From Callorhinchus milii (lineage: Eukaryota), in assembly GCF_018977255.1 (NCBI RefSeq), contig NW_024704743.1:100814001-100878000 (forward strand): a DNA stretch of 64,000 nucleotides, read 5' to 3'. The notes beneath the pieces are model-generated. The model was not told the DNA's origin. It did no database searches and was given only the letters and a program-made list of their open reading frames with translations. The position numbers were made by a program, and so were the translations under genes. Numbering within the stretch: position 1 is the stretch's first letter; each line of letters starts with the position of its first letter. Below, piece after piece: positions 52,363-64,000 of this stretch.

Positions 52363-53264
52363 CGTGAAATAACACCAGCAAAACCTCAGCCCAACACACC
52401 ACCAAGCAAAGCAATCCTTTGCAAGACATGACACGAAACAGCTGGGAACTAGGTTTTTTTTAAAAAAAAAAGCGCCCAGGCAAATAAATGTCTTCGAACG
52501 TTTATAAATAATACAAATACAAATACAAATAAATGTCCCCTGAACCCAACGGTGACATTTCTTCTGCGATCATGTATCGAGTTGCAAATGAATTCTTTTT
52601 TCGTCTAAACAGTCTTTGCGTTTATTCCCACGACAGCATCGTTCCCCTCATTGACTGCACAGTTTGCAAACATACAACATGCAAACGAGCTCAGTTTGCC
52701 CTACAATAACATGTCTCTGGAGTGTGTGCATAGCTATATATACACACACACACACACATATACATACATCATAAAAACGCCTCAGGAAGCATTTATGCAA
52801 TGCGATCTCTTGGCATTTACATTTTTCTTGAAATAAAAGGGAAAGGCGTATTTTCTCCATCAAAAAAAAAGCAACGCACGTGTTATGATACAGGCGAATA
52901 AAAATTGCACCAGTAGTTTTTTGCAGCATTCAGACTGGAGCAGAGAGAGAGACGCTGTGGAGGATCTCTGAGCTGCAGCAGGGATCACAGGCTGGTCTGC
53001 ATCCTCAGCAGATAATGCAATCCTTACTGTAGATCTCAGCCTCTCATGTGTCCTCCTCCCCCCCCCCCCCCACCGCTAAAATAAGACACATTGACAAGGG
53101 GAGGGTGGGGGGGGGTGGGGGGAGAAGCTGAAGTTGAATATGGCGCCCAAACCAAAATAAAATTGCAATGTGCAAAAACAAATAATGCTGTACATTATAA
53201 GCCCTGTATCCTGGGCTTTCCATCTGAGAAATGCATTTGCAAAGGTTGGGAATGTCATCCGTAC

Positions 53265-53400
53265 CTTGTGTCAGTGCAGCCGGAGCTGGAGCTGGAGCCG
53301 GGAGGGTTGGTTTGGTGGCTGTTCAGCAGCAGCAGAGGAGGAGGAGGAGGAGGATTCAGGCAGTTTGCAGACAGACTGACAGACAGCGTGGCCACGAGTC
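53265..53400 (-). other. EPB41L3: Putative non-coding first exon (5' boundary unknown)
   Basis: UTR-like sequence (CTC)n...CTCCAGCTCCAGCTCCGGCTGCACTGACACAAG followed by donor |GTACGG at 53264. Confidence 0.4.
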
Positions 53401-53477
53401 ACCCACAGCAACACCCCAACAGCCAAACCCCTCCAACGCATTAAAGGAGCTGCACTCTGCCAAATCACTGCGCCCAA

Positions 53478-53912
53478 CTCCAGCCCTCCAGCCCCAGAGC
53501 CCCTCAGCCCAGCCCCAGAGCCCCCCAACCCAGCCCCCCAGCCCCCAACCCAGCCCCCCAACCCTCAACCCAGCCCCCCAGCCCAGCCCCCCAGCCCTCA
53601 ACCCAGCCCCCCAGCCCTCAACCCAGTCCCCCCAGCCCCAGCCCCCCCAATCAGCCCCCAACTCAGCCCCCCAGCCCTCAATCCCCCAACCCAGCCCCCC
53701 AGCCCTCAATCCCCCAACTCAGCCCCCCAGCCCTCAACCCAGCCCTCAACCCAGCCCCTCAGCCCATCCCCCAACTGAGCCCCCCAGCCCTCAGCCCCCC
53801 AACTCAGCCCCCCAGCCCTCAGCCCCCAACTCAGCCCCCCAGCCCTCAGCCCCCCCAACTCAGCCCCCCAGCCCTCAATCCCCCCACCCCCAGCCCAGCC
53901 CCCCAGCCCCCC
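53478..53912. repeat. C-rich minisatellite (CAGCCCC / CCCTCAA / CCCCAACT units)
   Basis: About 430 bp of degenerate tandem units; explains the Pro/Gln/Ser and Gly/Trp ORFs here. Confidence 0.9.
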
Positions 53913-54310
53913 GCCCGGCCCGGGCTCCCACCCGCACACAGACACCCTCTGCTCTCCTCCTCCCTCCCTCCCTCCTCCCTCTCTCCGGCTGCTGCAGCGC
54001 GGCTCTCCCACATGCACCACCGCTTCCTGGGCAGCAGAAGGACGGTGACTTCTTTGTCTGTGCGCAGTGTTACACTGTATCTGCGGGAGGGGGAGAGACT
54101 GATGGCAGAAGGAAAGAAGGGAGGGATGGAAGGAGGGAGGGAGGGAGGGAGGAGCAGTGCTGCTGCCCACACTGAGCCAAACCCACAACCAGATGGGGGT
54201 GGGGGGACAAACGAGAGCGATGGGAATTGAGGGGCTGAAGGCAACTCAGAACTGCACACAGTCTAATCTGTAACAGATTGTAGCTGTACACAGTGTTACA
54301 CTGGTAATGT

Positions 54311-54603
54311 AGGAGGGGAGGGGGGAGAGGGAGGGGGGAGAGGGGGGGAGGAGGAGAGGAGAGAGGGAGGGAGGGAGGGAGGGAGGGGGGAGAGGGAAGG
54401 GAGAGAGGGAAGGGTGAGAGAGGGGGGTGAGAGAGGGAGGGGGTGGGAGAGAGGGAAGGAAGAGAGGGGGGGCGAGAGAGGGAGGGGATGGGAGAGAGGG
54501 AAGGGGGAGGAGAGGGAGGGAAGAGGGGGAGAAAGGGAGGGGGTGGGAGAGAGGGAAGGGGGAGGAGAGGGAGGGTAGGAGGGGAGAGAGGGAGGGGGAG
54601 AAA
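54311..54603 (+). repeat. Homopurine (G/A) low-complexity tract
   Basis: About 290 nt of almost pure G/A with only a handful of pyrimidines. Confidence 0.95.
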
Positions 54604-56615
54604 CACTTTACTTCACAAAATATACAGGCAATTGACTTTAGAATATATTCCGTGAAGCGCTTTGAGACGTCTCAACGACATGATAAGGCTCCATATCAAA
54701 TGCAACGATTTTTATTATTATTCGTTGATGTGTTGCAGTTTGCAACGTTTCTGTTCGTTATTCTCTTCTCTCAACGTACACTTTATTTGGATAAGAAAAT
54801 TACCTTTTTTTTAAAAAAAAGCATAATCTGCTCATATAATAATAATCACATCTTCGAGACGTCTCAAAGCGCTTTGTAGAATATACTGTGAAGTAAATTC
54901 ACTGTATATTTTATAGCCAATTGCGCACAGCAATGTCACACTAACAGTCATAGATTCAAGTGACCAATTCATTATTATGAGCTTTTATACAATTCTAATA
55001 GTCTAAAACATAGCCGACATTTACGTCTCGAACATTAAAAAAAACTCCAATAATTACTGATCGCGCCAGTGAATGGGAACATTTTGCTGCGTTGCTACAT
55101 CACCCACAACCACCACAGGATGAAAGTGGAAGAACATTTTCGGAAAACATCCCAATTGGAAAAGAATATGAAAGGGTAAACAGAAATGTTTGTCCATGAA
55201 TTTAATATCTGGGCTTGGTATTATCTGAATCCGTCCGAAAGAAAGATGCACAGAACAAGACAGATACATAGTATCTATCCCCTAAGGATCAAATTCATGA
55301 TCCTTGTCCTTACTTTTAAAGCTTTCCACGGTCTTGCTCCTATCTATCTCTACGACCTACTGAAACTTCACCTTTCCACCCCCACTTGCCCTCCTTCTTT
55401 CAAAATACAAAAAAAACCTCTTCCCAGGCAGTGAAGTGAAGGTATCACTATATCACTCCTGGTGTCCTGGTCAACAAGCCCCCAAATAAAAAGAACTCCA
55501 TGGCACTTTTGGGGATATTTTGTTTGCAAATTGGCTGCTGCATTTGCCTACAAGTACAGTCACTACACTTTACAGAAAACTCTGAACTTTGGGACATTTT
55601 GATAAGAAGTAATATCAACGCACGAATTATCATTAATATTATTATCAACAATGAATAATAAAATATGGATTTCATTTTTGATTCCTAGCTGTTAGAATGG
55701 CTTTTTAAACTTTTTTATTTTAAAACATTTTAGGTCAGGGAACGATCAGATATTCTGTCCTTTTGTACAAATTATTAATGGTGATATTTGTCAGATCACA
55801 TATCCTATATCCCCTCATTATTGTTTTACAAATCTGTATAATTAAAAATAGTACCAACACCCAACATTAAGGATGCCTACAATTCTCTGCGCCATTTGAT
55901 CTTGAAATGTTCTCTTTCAGATGTTGATTAGCCGAACCTTCTGTGGATTTCAATTGTTTTTTATTAATGATGTCGAAAAGTCATTTGGATGGCAATCACT
56001 ACATAGCGCCACTGGGTGTTGGAGCATGGATTTGCACCTATGATTCTCCATCTCGGCTGCATTGTGTGGTAACCCCATGACATGGCTAAGCACTTTGTAG
56101 GGAGTGGAGGAAACAGAAGAAAAAATATCACATTACCAAATGCACAATAAATATCTAACATTGGAAGGATATGCAGAACATTCTTTCCTTCCTGGAATCC
56201 ATATGCTCTTGAAATCCTCCTTGTGACATTAATGTTCTGCTTGTACCTGATTTTTAGCAGTAGTAATAAATTATGGTTGGTCTGGAACCTGCTGCCAGAA
56301 AAGAGGTTTCTGAAGTACACTTGTTCACACCACTAATGCGTAAATCAATTAAGTTTCTGCTCAAAAATTGACCCTTAAATGTTCTTGAGATGTTGATTGT
56401 GTCACCCAATATCTCTTAGCAATGACTTTTAAATGTTCTTTTAAAAAGTCACACTAAGCCAGATATGACTCTGGGTTGTCTTAATGATGTGATAAGGCAC
56501 TATAATCAAATGCAAGGATTATTATTATTATTAATCCTGTTGAAGCACTTTGAGACATCTGCCTGACATGAAAGGCACTATTTCAAAATCAAAGATTATT
56601 ATTTTATAACTAAGG

Positions 56616-56978
56616 TAATAAAACTAAACCTTGCATTTGATAAATCGCCTTATCAGGTATTCGAGACGTCTCAAAGTGCTTCACAGAATATACTGTAAAG
56701 TGAATTGACTGCATATTTTGTGGGCGAAACACAGCAGCCAATTGTGCCCAGCAGTGTCCCACAAACAATCGTGGATTGAAGTGACCAATTTATCTTTTGG
56801 AGGAATTATTACCCTGGGAAAGGCAATCTGCCAATCAACTAACAACCAGGTTCCTACTTACTGCTAGGTAAACAGAGGTGTGTGGAGTAAGGAAACTTGC
56901 CAACATTTCGCCCTGCCAGGAATCAAACCCAAGTCTCTCGCTTGCGAGGCAAGAGCTCTAACCACTGAGCTTCAGGAC
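56616..56978 (-). mobile_element. tRNA-Ala SINE, long form
   Basis: Full head, body and tail. Confidence 0.92.
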
Positions 56979-59584
56979 CAATGATGGACCCAGGAGCAAA
57001 CTGGGGAGAAATGGGTCCTTGGATGGGAAAGTTTCAAGGAGAGTGAGAAAAAAAGAACTTCTTCTTGCGAGCACAAACTGGTTGCATTCAGCTGCAAGAC
57101 ATGCATTAACCAGCACAGAGCTCTCAGATGTTGGTCCATGCCAATAATTCTCTCCACACAAGTTACTGACTTAGCATAGGCCATGTGAGGAGGAGGCGCA
57201 ATCAGGAGCCAGATACATTCTCCAGGAAGAAAGAATCGGAGCCATCCTTGGCTGCGCTTCTGCATGTCACAAGTCAGTAAGCAAGGAGAATTTACAAAGG
57301 ACTGGGAACAGGAACAAATGTATAACCTGGGTTCAAAGAAAAAAAATAATGAGCAGGGGGAGCATAGTTTTAACTTAAGAGTGGCTTAAATTCAAAGTTA
57401 ATTTATTTAAGAAAACACTGTCAATTAATTAGAGCAAGAATCTTTGTTCTGAACATTTGGTGCTTGTGCCACACCCAGGTTTTCAGTGTGAGCACACTGA
57501 AAATGCAGAAGAAAGCTTACAGCAATAAAAGGAAGACTGATTTTACCAGGTGTTCTTACAGTGCTTTGGCTTTGCGCCAGCTGTCATACAATTCCAATGA
57601 AAAGTCCACCTTTGATTAACCATATTAAATTGAAACTAAGACTGCTTTCTATATCTATTGCACTGCTTCCAAGATCTAAAAGGTTTGGAGACAATGAGTC
57701 ATTGAACCACCCAAAAATATTTAGGGACTTTTAAATGTTAAAGAACCTGTCGCAAGACAGTTGGCGCTTTTCATCTGTACAAATATCAATGCTGGTCAGA
57801 TGTTATTAAGCGCTGTTCTATGCCAAATGATAGAGCTCTGCCATTGCCTCATCTGCAGCAAGTCAAGTAGCCCACATATCCACATTTCAGCATGAAGATC
57901 AATGCAAAATGTTGACAATGAAATGCATTACAGTGAATAAATTTTGTCAAATAGCATGTAAAGCAATATTAAACCATTCATTGCACTGAGATAGGAGAGA
58001 CATTGTTCCAAACTCAGAAATACAGTCACCCCAAAATGCACAGCCAATTCACTTACAGTATATCCTGTGATGCACTTTGGGACATCTTGACGATCTGATA
58101 AGACGCTATATCATTATTATAAATGAATCAAAAAAATTAAAACGGGTCACAAACTACAACTTTACAAATATGGTGTAATTCTTCCCAAACAAAACATTTT
58201 AACTATTTGTTTACCAATGTATAATACAAAAATAGGCCGTACCAACACATTTATATTATATTACCAAATGTACACACCAGTACAGAGAAATTACAGGTTT
58301 CCTTAATTATGTAATTAAACAATGAACATTATTTATTAACTATGGAATTAATCTTTTGTTTTGGTTGTCAATCAAATATTTAAGGGCATCTTTAATTCCA
58401 TTTGTACGCATGGTTTACGAATGATGTGGTAATAGTCTTGCATTTCCATGTGGTTCACACAGGGCACATAATAGGCGTTCAACACAAATGACACATCATT
58501 GTGTTAATTGACTTAAAATTCACGACAATGGAAATAATGCATGACTGTTCTATCTAATTTCTCTTTACAGGTGTAAAGAGCTTAATGAACATATTTTCTT
58601 GACCAAATGGAGTCAAATTAAATTTGCAGCCCACATGATAATTATCACACTGCAAAGGCCAGAGGCCAACACCCAGTAAAACAAAAAAAGCCAAGTTTTC
58701 GATTGTCAATTGGTAAAAAACAGGATTTCACAAAACAGAACACACAATTTATTTTAAAGTCTTGACTTTTAGGCTGTAACATGATATCGAAAACCAGGAA
58801 CTGTACAATTTTAGTGCTATTTATGTCCAGTCAGGTTTGGCTCTATGGTAACACCATCAAGTTACTGACATTTCAGTCTCTATTGGGTTGCCACATTTTG
58901 CTGTCCGGAATGAGACAAGAAGGACTGACAAGGCAAAGGGAGAATAAAGCTTTAACCTAAAAATATAAAGGTCACCAATTTTGTTCAGATTTTCTCCAAA
59001 GGAGTTAAGTTTTATTTAGGAGTTGAATTTTATGCCAGTCATGGAGAGAGTAACATTTATTTCTTCCCTTTTGACATTTTACCGATTATTCTATTAAAAC
59101 TGAACAAGATACATGGTTCACAGCAAACACTGACATAATGATTTTTTTCTCAGATATCACACAAATGGGTTTGACTTTTTTTTCCCTGAGTAGCTTCAAT
59201 TTTACAGAATTATGATAAACTGTAGTGGAAATCAGATCTACAATAAGAAAGCTATAATAAAGGAACTTTGGGATTCCAAATGACTTCATCTTTGAAAAAC
59301 ATTTTAATTTAAACTGAAGACAATTACTTTCAACTTCTTGGGCAGTTGCTTCTGACCATGTCATATCAGTGGGTATAAGCGGAATATCATTCTGTCTTGT
59401 GCTCACATATGTAGATTTTGCTTTAAAACTGTATTTTCTCTCTTTATTAGACTAACGTGTTTATATCCCTCTTTCCTGTCAAATTTATTTATTTATATGG
59501 ACCAATGCACCATTTTCCCCCTTTCCCCCAGGAGAGTTTGGAAGCCAATCTTGTGTCATGGCCAACAATTCTCCAGATCACAAA

Positions 59585-59726
59585 AACATAAACACAAAAT
59601 ACTGCAGATGCTGGAAATCTGAAACAAACACAGAGATCGTTGGAAACACTCAGCAGGTCAGGCAGCACCTATGGAGAAAGGAAAGTGGGTCAACGTTTCG
59701 GGTTCGTGACCCTTCATTAGAACTGG
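59585..59726 (-). mobile_element. Penelope-like element fragment with a mutated hammerhead motif (59688-59725)
   Basis: Minus strand reads AGTT-CTAATGA-A-GGGTCACGAACCC-GAAACGTT-GAC; homologous to 44595-44691. Confidence 0.65.
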
Positions 59727-59782
59727 GGGATGTTGGGAGGGAAAGATTTTAAGGAAAACCCTTAAACCCATAGATAATAACT

Positions 59783-60080
59783 ATAATAATCCTTGCATTT
59801 GATTATAGCTCCTTATCACAAAACATCTCTTAGCATTTCACAGGCTTTACTATGAAATGTAACTGTATTTTGAGAGCGAACATGGCAGCCAATATGTGTA
59901 CAGCAATATCCCACAAACAGCCATGAAGGGAATGAGTAATTTCATGTGAGGATTGTTGGCTAGAACACCGGGAGGGACTCCCTATTCGATTATGGAATAG
60001 TGCCATGCAATCTTTAAATGTCCACGTGAACAGGGAGATGGGACTTCGGTTCAACATCTCCATCAAAGCAGCTTCCCCCA
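59783..60080 (-). mobile_element. Old DeuSINE-type element
   Basis: Tail plus Deu core (AACACCGGGAGG...GAATAGTGCCATG...GTCCACGTGAACAGG). Confidence 0.7.
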
Positions 60081-62104
60081 ACGTTAAATTGAAGTGTCAA
60101 CATAGAAATCACAGGACATAATCCTTCTCCATCATGAAGCAAAATAACATTGACAAAATAATTAACTTATAGTACTAGATTTAAAAAAACACTATTACTC
60201 ATGGCTTTCTGGATCTCCTATGGAAGATCAACTGTGAAGTGTAGTGACTGCATAGGTGACCTAATAAATTGCAGCAGGATAGAGTATATCCTACAATAGC
60301 ATCAGAACGATTCACTGAAAATATAGATCCAGCAAATGACCCAATTATGTAGACACTATCCAATTTGAGCAGAATTAGATCTGCAAAGTAGCATATCCTT
60401 ACTAATATATTACTAGGAAATGACAAGAGAGGGCACCCTCAACCCAACAGATGGTGTGACAGTATAGAGTGTGACATCACTCCTCCACTGCCACCAAATG
60501 GGTGTTGATCTGCCAGATACAGGCTCATTTTAGCTCCTTCTATTGAAGGTTTGACTTTTGACCTGTATGAGTTGTACTGTCTTAAAAATCATATTAAATA
60601 ATCAATTACAAGAAAATTCTGCATTAATGAGATACTTGCCCAGGTGAAGTCACTGTCAGATTCAATGTATGTGGATATAATTTAATGTCTTTCTTCCCAA
60701 AGCATTTTTTAAATGAAATACAGTCACAGTTAAGAAAGAAGAAAATATTGAACAGTAAAAGGTCATTCAAACCACCAAGGCAACTCCTGCCATAGACAAA
60801 GCATAACCTGAATTTCATACAACATTTTACAGATTTCAGATCCTTTTAAAACATTGCTAAAACCTCAAATCAAATGCAATTAAATTTGACATTACCCTTC
60901 AGAATTATAGTTTTGACAGCTATAAATGTGAGGTTCAATGGATAGAACTATTTATCTGCCCTAGAACTCCCTCCATCATTCGTTGCAAGGTCTGTCTTTG
61001 AATGTCCTTTCATTCATCCAGCCCCGCACCCCTCAGCTCTCACCCCAGCTTGGTTACCAATCCAGGACTGTCAAGTACCTTGGGATGTCCTCCCAACATG
61101 AAAGGTGCTATATAAATGTAAATTTGCATTGTATATTATATAGAACAGCGCAAGAAATTCCAGGAAGTGCCCATTTTACAAAAAAAAATGAGCAGAGTTT
61201 TAAAATGGATTACAGAAACAAAACAAGATACAATGAAGCTGTAATTACATGCTTTCTTCGCAACTAGTTAATCTTTCCAGAACACACAACTTAAGTATGA
61301 CAATGACGTTCTAAAATGAGCAGTAATTTCTTCACGGGAACCAGATACCCAATGATTACGCTTTACATGTAACTGGTGGTTGTACTTCTTCCATAACCCT
61401 GAGGCATCAGCTACTTACCAATCAGTTCTCCCACAATTATTTAAACTCCAACTGTTACATAATTGTGCAGTCATGNTTTTTTACTGGTGCTATGATTTTC
61501 TTCCTTTGTATAATCAAGAAACCTTATATTTCTGTGCCATTTCTGTTGACTAAAGAATATTCATGTTCATCTCACGCAGTTCTAGGGTTCAAAATGATTT
61601 AGCCATTTGAATTAATAGTGCACCATTGAAAACAGATTGGCAAATAATATATTTTACAGTAGTAATTCTGCAGAATTGTGCTAACTAGTTTCGAGTAGAT
61701 GTTGCTGACTGCAATTCAAACCAGAAACATTTGTGTTGTACTGACCTTGTCAGTTCTACAGAGAAATATTTAAGAGCTGCAGTTAAATTTGCATTATTAT
61801 GATTAATATGCACTAAAGAATTCATACAAAGACCCAACCAAAAAATTAAACAAAATAATTGTGAAAAGTCAGTACTTGGTTAGATACAAACATAAGTCAT
61901 GATGAGAAAAGGCCATTCAACTCATCAAAAACATTCCTTATAACAGACCATACAAAACCTGCTTCATTATGGACTTTAACTCCTCTCCCTATATCCACTG
62001 AGGGATAATTACTGTATCCCTCTCACATTTCCAACTTCATCCCTGCTTTTCTTACCTCCGTATACTCCAAATATTAACCCAACATTACAGGTAGCATTAT
62101 TTTA

Positions 62105-62385
62105 CTTTAATTATAGACTGTAAAGTGTGGTGACTGTGGATTTTTGTAGGTGGACACGACAGCTGAGTTGCACACAACAATCTCCTACCAACAACCATGA
62201 AATACATTACCAATTTACCAGGACATTGGAAGAAACACCCTTCTTTTTCAAGTAGTGCTGCAGGATCTTTAATAATGCAGCACTATTCTCAGAACAACAC
62301 TGGAGTGTGAATTTAATTCTTGACATGGGGCTTCAGCCCACAACCTTCTGACTCAGAGGCAAAAGTGCTACCAATTGAGTCAGGT
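62105..62385 (-). mobile_element. Old DeuSINE-type element, degraded
   Basis: CCAGGACATTGG...TAGTGC..CAGGATCTTT...CCCACAACCTTCTGACTCAGAGGC. Confidence 0.6.
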
Positions 62386-63720
62386 TGATATTAATATTAT
62401 TTATAGATGGCATTCCAGCATTGCCACAATCCCCAAAGGGTGGGTACGAAAGTAATGACAATCCTTACCCTTATAACCTTGAATCCCAGGCACTGTGTTC
62501 CATTCTAAAGGCATTGAACAAAACATTATCGGTTTCCAAGTCCAGGATTATGCTCTCCCTCAAGCTTTTTTTCATTCATTGTAAAGGATTACTTTCTGCG
62601 AACTTCTCCTCATTAACCTCAAGCTAAATTATGAACGATCCTGGCCGCTCTTCTATAAACTCATTCCAATTTTGATATTGATATTACCCCAAATGCCAGA
62701 GAATATTCCAAATTAATCCTTATCACTGAGTTATACTGTGGTAAAATAAGTAGTTTTTTCTAATGATGCCCTTGAGATGTATCACAGAACATAATCTAGC
62801 TAATAACAAACCTACAGTGATTGAATGCCTTCATGACTGGTGTGATTATTGACCATGACTTTTCCTTTTTAACCTTCACCATTGGAAACATTTCAGCTTC
62901 TTATTCTAACTGTTTTGCCTTACATTTATTCATGCCGTTTCCTTAGTTCATTCATTTAACTTGTTCGTGTTTGAATGCTATTCAATCACAGATGTAGTGT
63001 GTTGCCTAAGCTCATTGCTTGGGTATCACCTGAAAATCACAATGTTCTTTGCTTATAACGGGTTGAATTAGCTGTCTAAAAAGCTAATGTCCCGCTATCT
63101 GATACAGGCCTGACAATACCATCAGGGGTGGGAGGAGGGGCCAAGACTGGGAACAATTGTGGAACTAATAAGTAAATGATTTGCTTTTTAAAACTGACCC
63201 ATTGTAAACACAAAAGTCCCATAAAAGATTCCTGCGAAACCAACCTCTAGGCAGAGTCTTTATCTTTCAATTGTAAGACTGAAAGATAAATTGTGACATT
63301 CAATTCACTTATCTTCTTTAAAAAGCTTCATATCCAATTTTTTCACTAACATCTGAAAATCCAAGTATTTTTACATATACTATACATAATGGAGTCAGGC
63401 CATTCAGCCCAACTAGTCCTTGTTGACTTACAAAAGTACAGTCACTCCACTTTATAGTGAACCCTATGAAACACTTTGGCATGTCCTCCTGGCATGAAAG
63501 GCAAAGTAACAAATGTAAGGATTATTATTATTTTTTATGTCCATCAGATCCATCTCCCTCTAAATTTAGTTCATTCTCAAATGAAATGTGGTGCATTTGG
63601 GAGACAGGGCTCATTACTTCTAAAGCCATGTTCATTATCCCTATTTAACCATTGTAGTCTTCAGACAAACACGGCTTGTGTCTTGTCACTTGCTCACAAT
63701 TTATGATCTGGAAATACAAT

Positions 63721-64000
63721 ATAATAATAATCCTTGCATTTGATATAGCATCTGATCACGTCTTCGAGATGTCCCAATGCGCTTCACGGAATATACCGTG
63801 AAGTGACTTAACTGTATAATTTGTGGGCGAAATGCAGCAGCCAATTGTGCACAGCAGTGTCCCACAAATAGCCATTGATTGAAGTGACCAATTTTATTAT
63901 TATTATTTTTTTGGAAGGAATTATTAGCCCTGGAAAAGCGATCTGTCAATTGACTAACAACCGGGTTCCTACTTACTGCTAGGTAAACAGAGGCTTGTGG
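63721..64000 (-). mobile_element. tRNA-Ala SINE, long form, cut by the window edge
   Basis: Tail and body through the CCTAGCAGTAAGTAGGAAC block. Confidence 0.9.

Larger units (their letters stand above)
52900..54310 (-). promoter_or_regulatory. Candidate EPB41L3 promoter / first-exon region
   Basis: Locally GC- and CpG-richer, free of interspersed repeats, rich in microsatellites, about 40 kb upstream of the AUG exon, and containing minus-strand splice donors. No transcript evidence. Confidence 0.45.

Noticed and set aside
53231..54175. 314-aa Pro/Gln/Ser-rich ORF and overlapping Gly/Trp ORFs
   Set aside because: They are translations of a C-rich minisatellite that lacks stop codons by composition.
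54070..54879. Pro/Leu/Ser and Gly/Arg/Glu ORFs
   Set aside because: They are translations of the homopurine tract plus a SINE tail.
1..64000. CRISPR arrays, operons or other prokaryotic systems
   Set aside because: No regularly spaced repeats or dense ORFs; the sequence is vertebrate intronic DNA.

Overview
Vertebrate genomic DNA, almost entirely intronic. The repeat content (Deu-domain SINEs, tRNA-Ala SINEs with L2 tails, shark-type CR1 and Penelope fragments) suggests a cartilaginous fish, probably a chimaera; this is inference. The window holds the 5' part of a minus-strand protein 4.1B gene (EPB41L3/DAL-1). It includes a candidate promoter and non-coding first-exon region at about 52.9-54.3 kb, the AUG1 exon at 12702-12898 (MTTEPDSDPES...) and the exon entering the FERM domain at 9170-9382 (...DDKLSQKSSSSKLSKSPLK...MLCKVTLLDSSEHTCEVE). 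I found no downstream FERM exon, so it probably lies left of position 1. The rest is interspersed repeats. The most notable observations are: (1) a tandem-AG, dual-AUG layout at exon 2 compatible with the nested 'intrasplicing' known for mammalian 4.1R/4.1B; (2) a recursive-splice-site-like AG|GTAAGT after exon 3; (3) SINE subfamilies whose 3' stem-loop switches to match a co-resident L2 LINE; (4) decayed minimal hammerhead ribozymes in Penelope-type fragments; (5) three long inverted repeats in intron 1; (6) opposite G-skew tracts bracketing the putative promoter. No wholly new system is demonstrated; these are testable hypotheses from manual reading.
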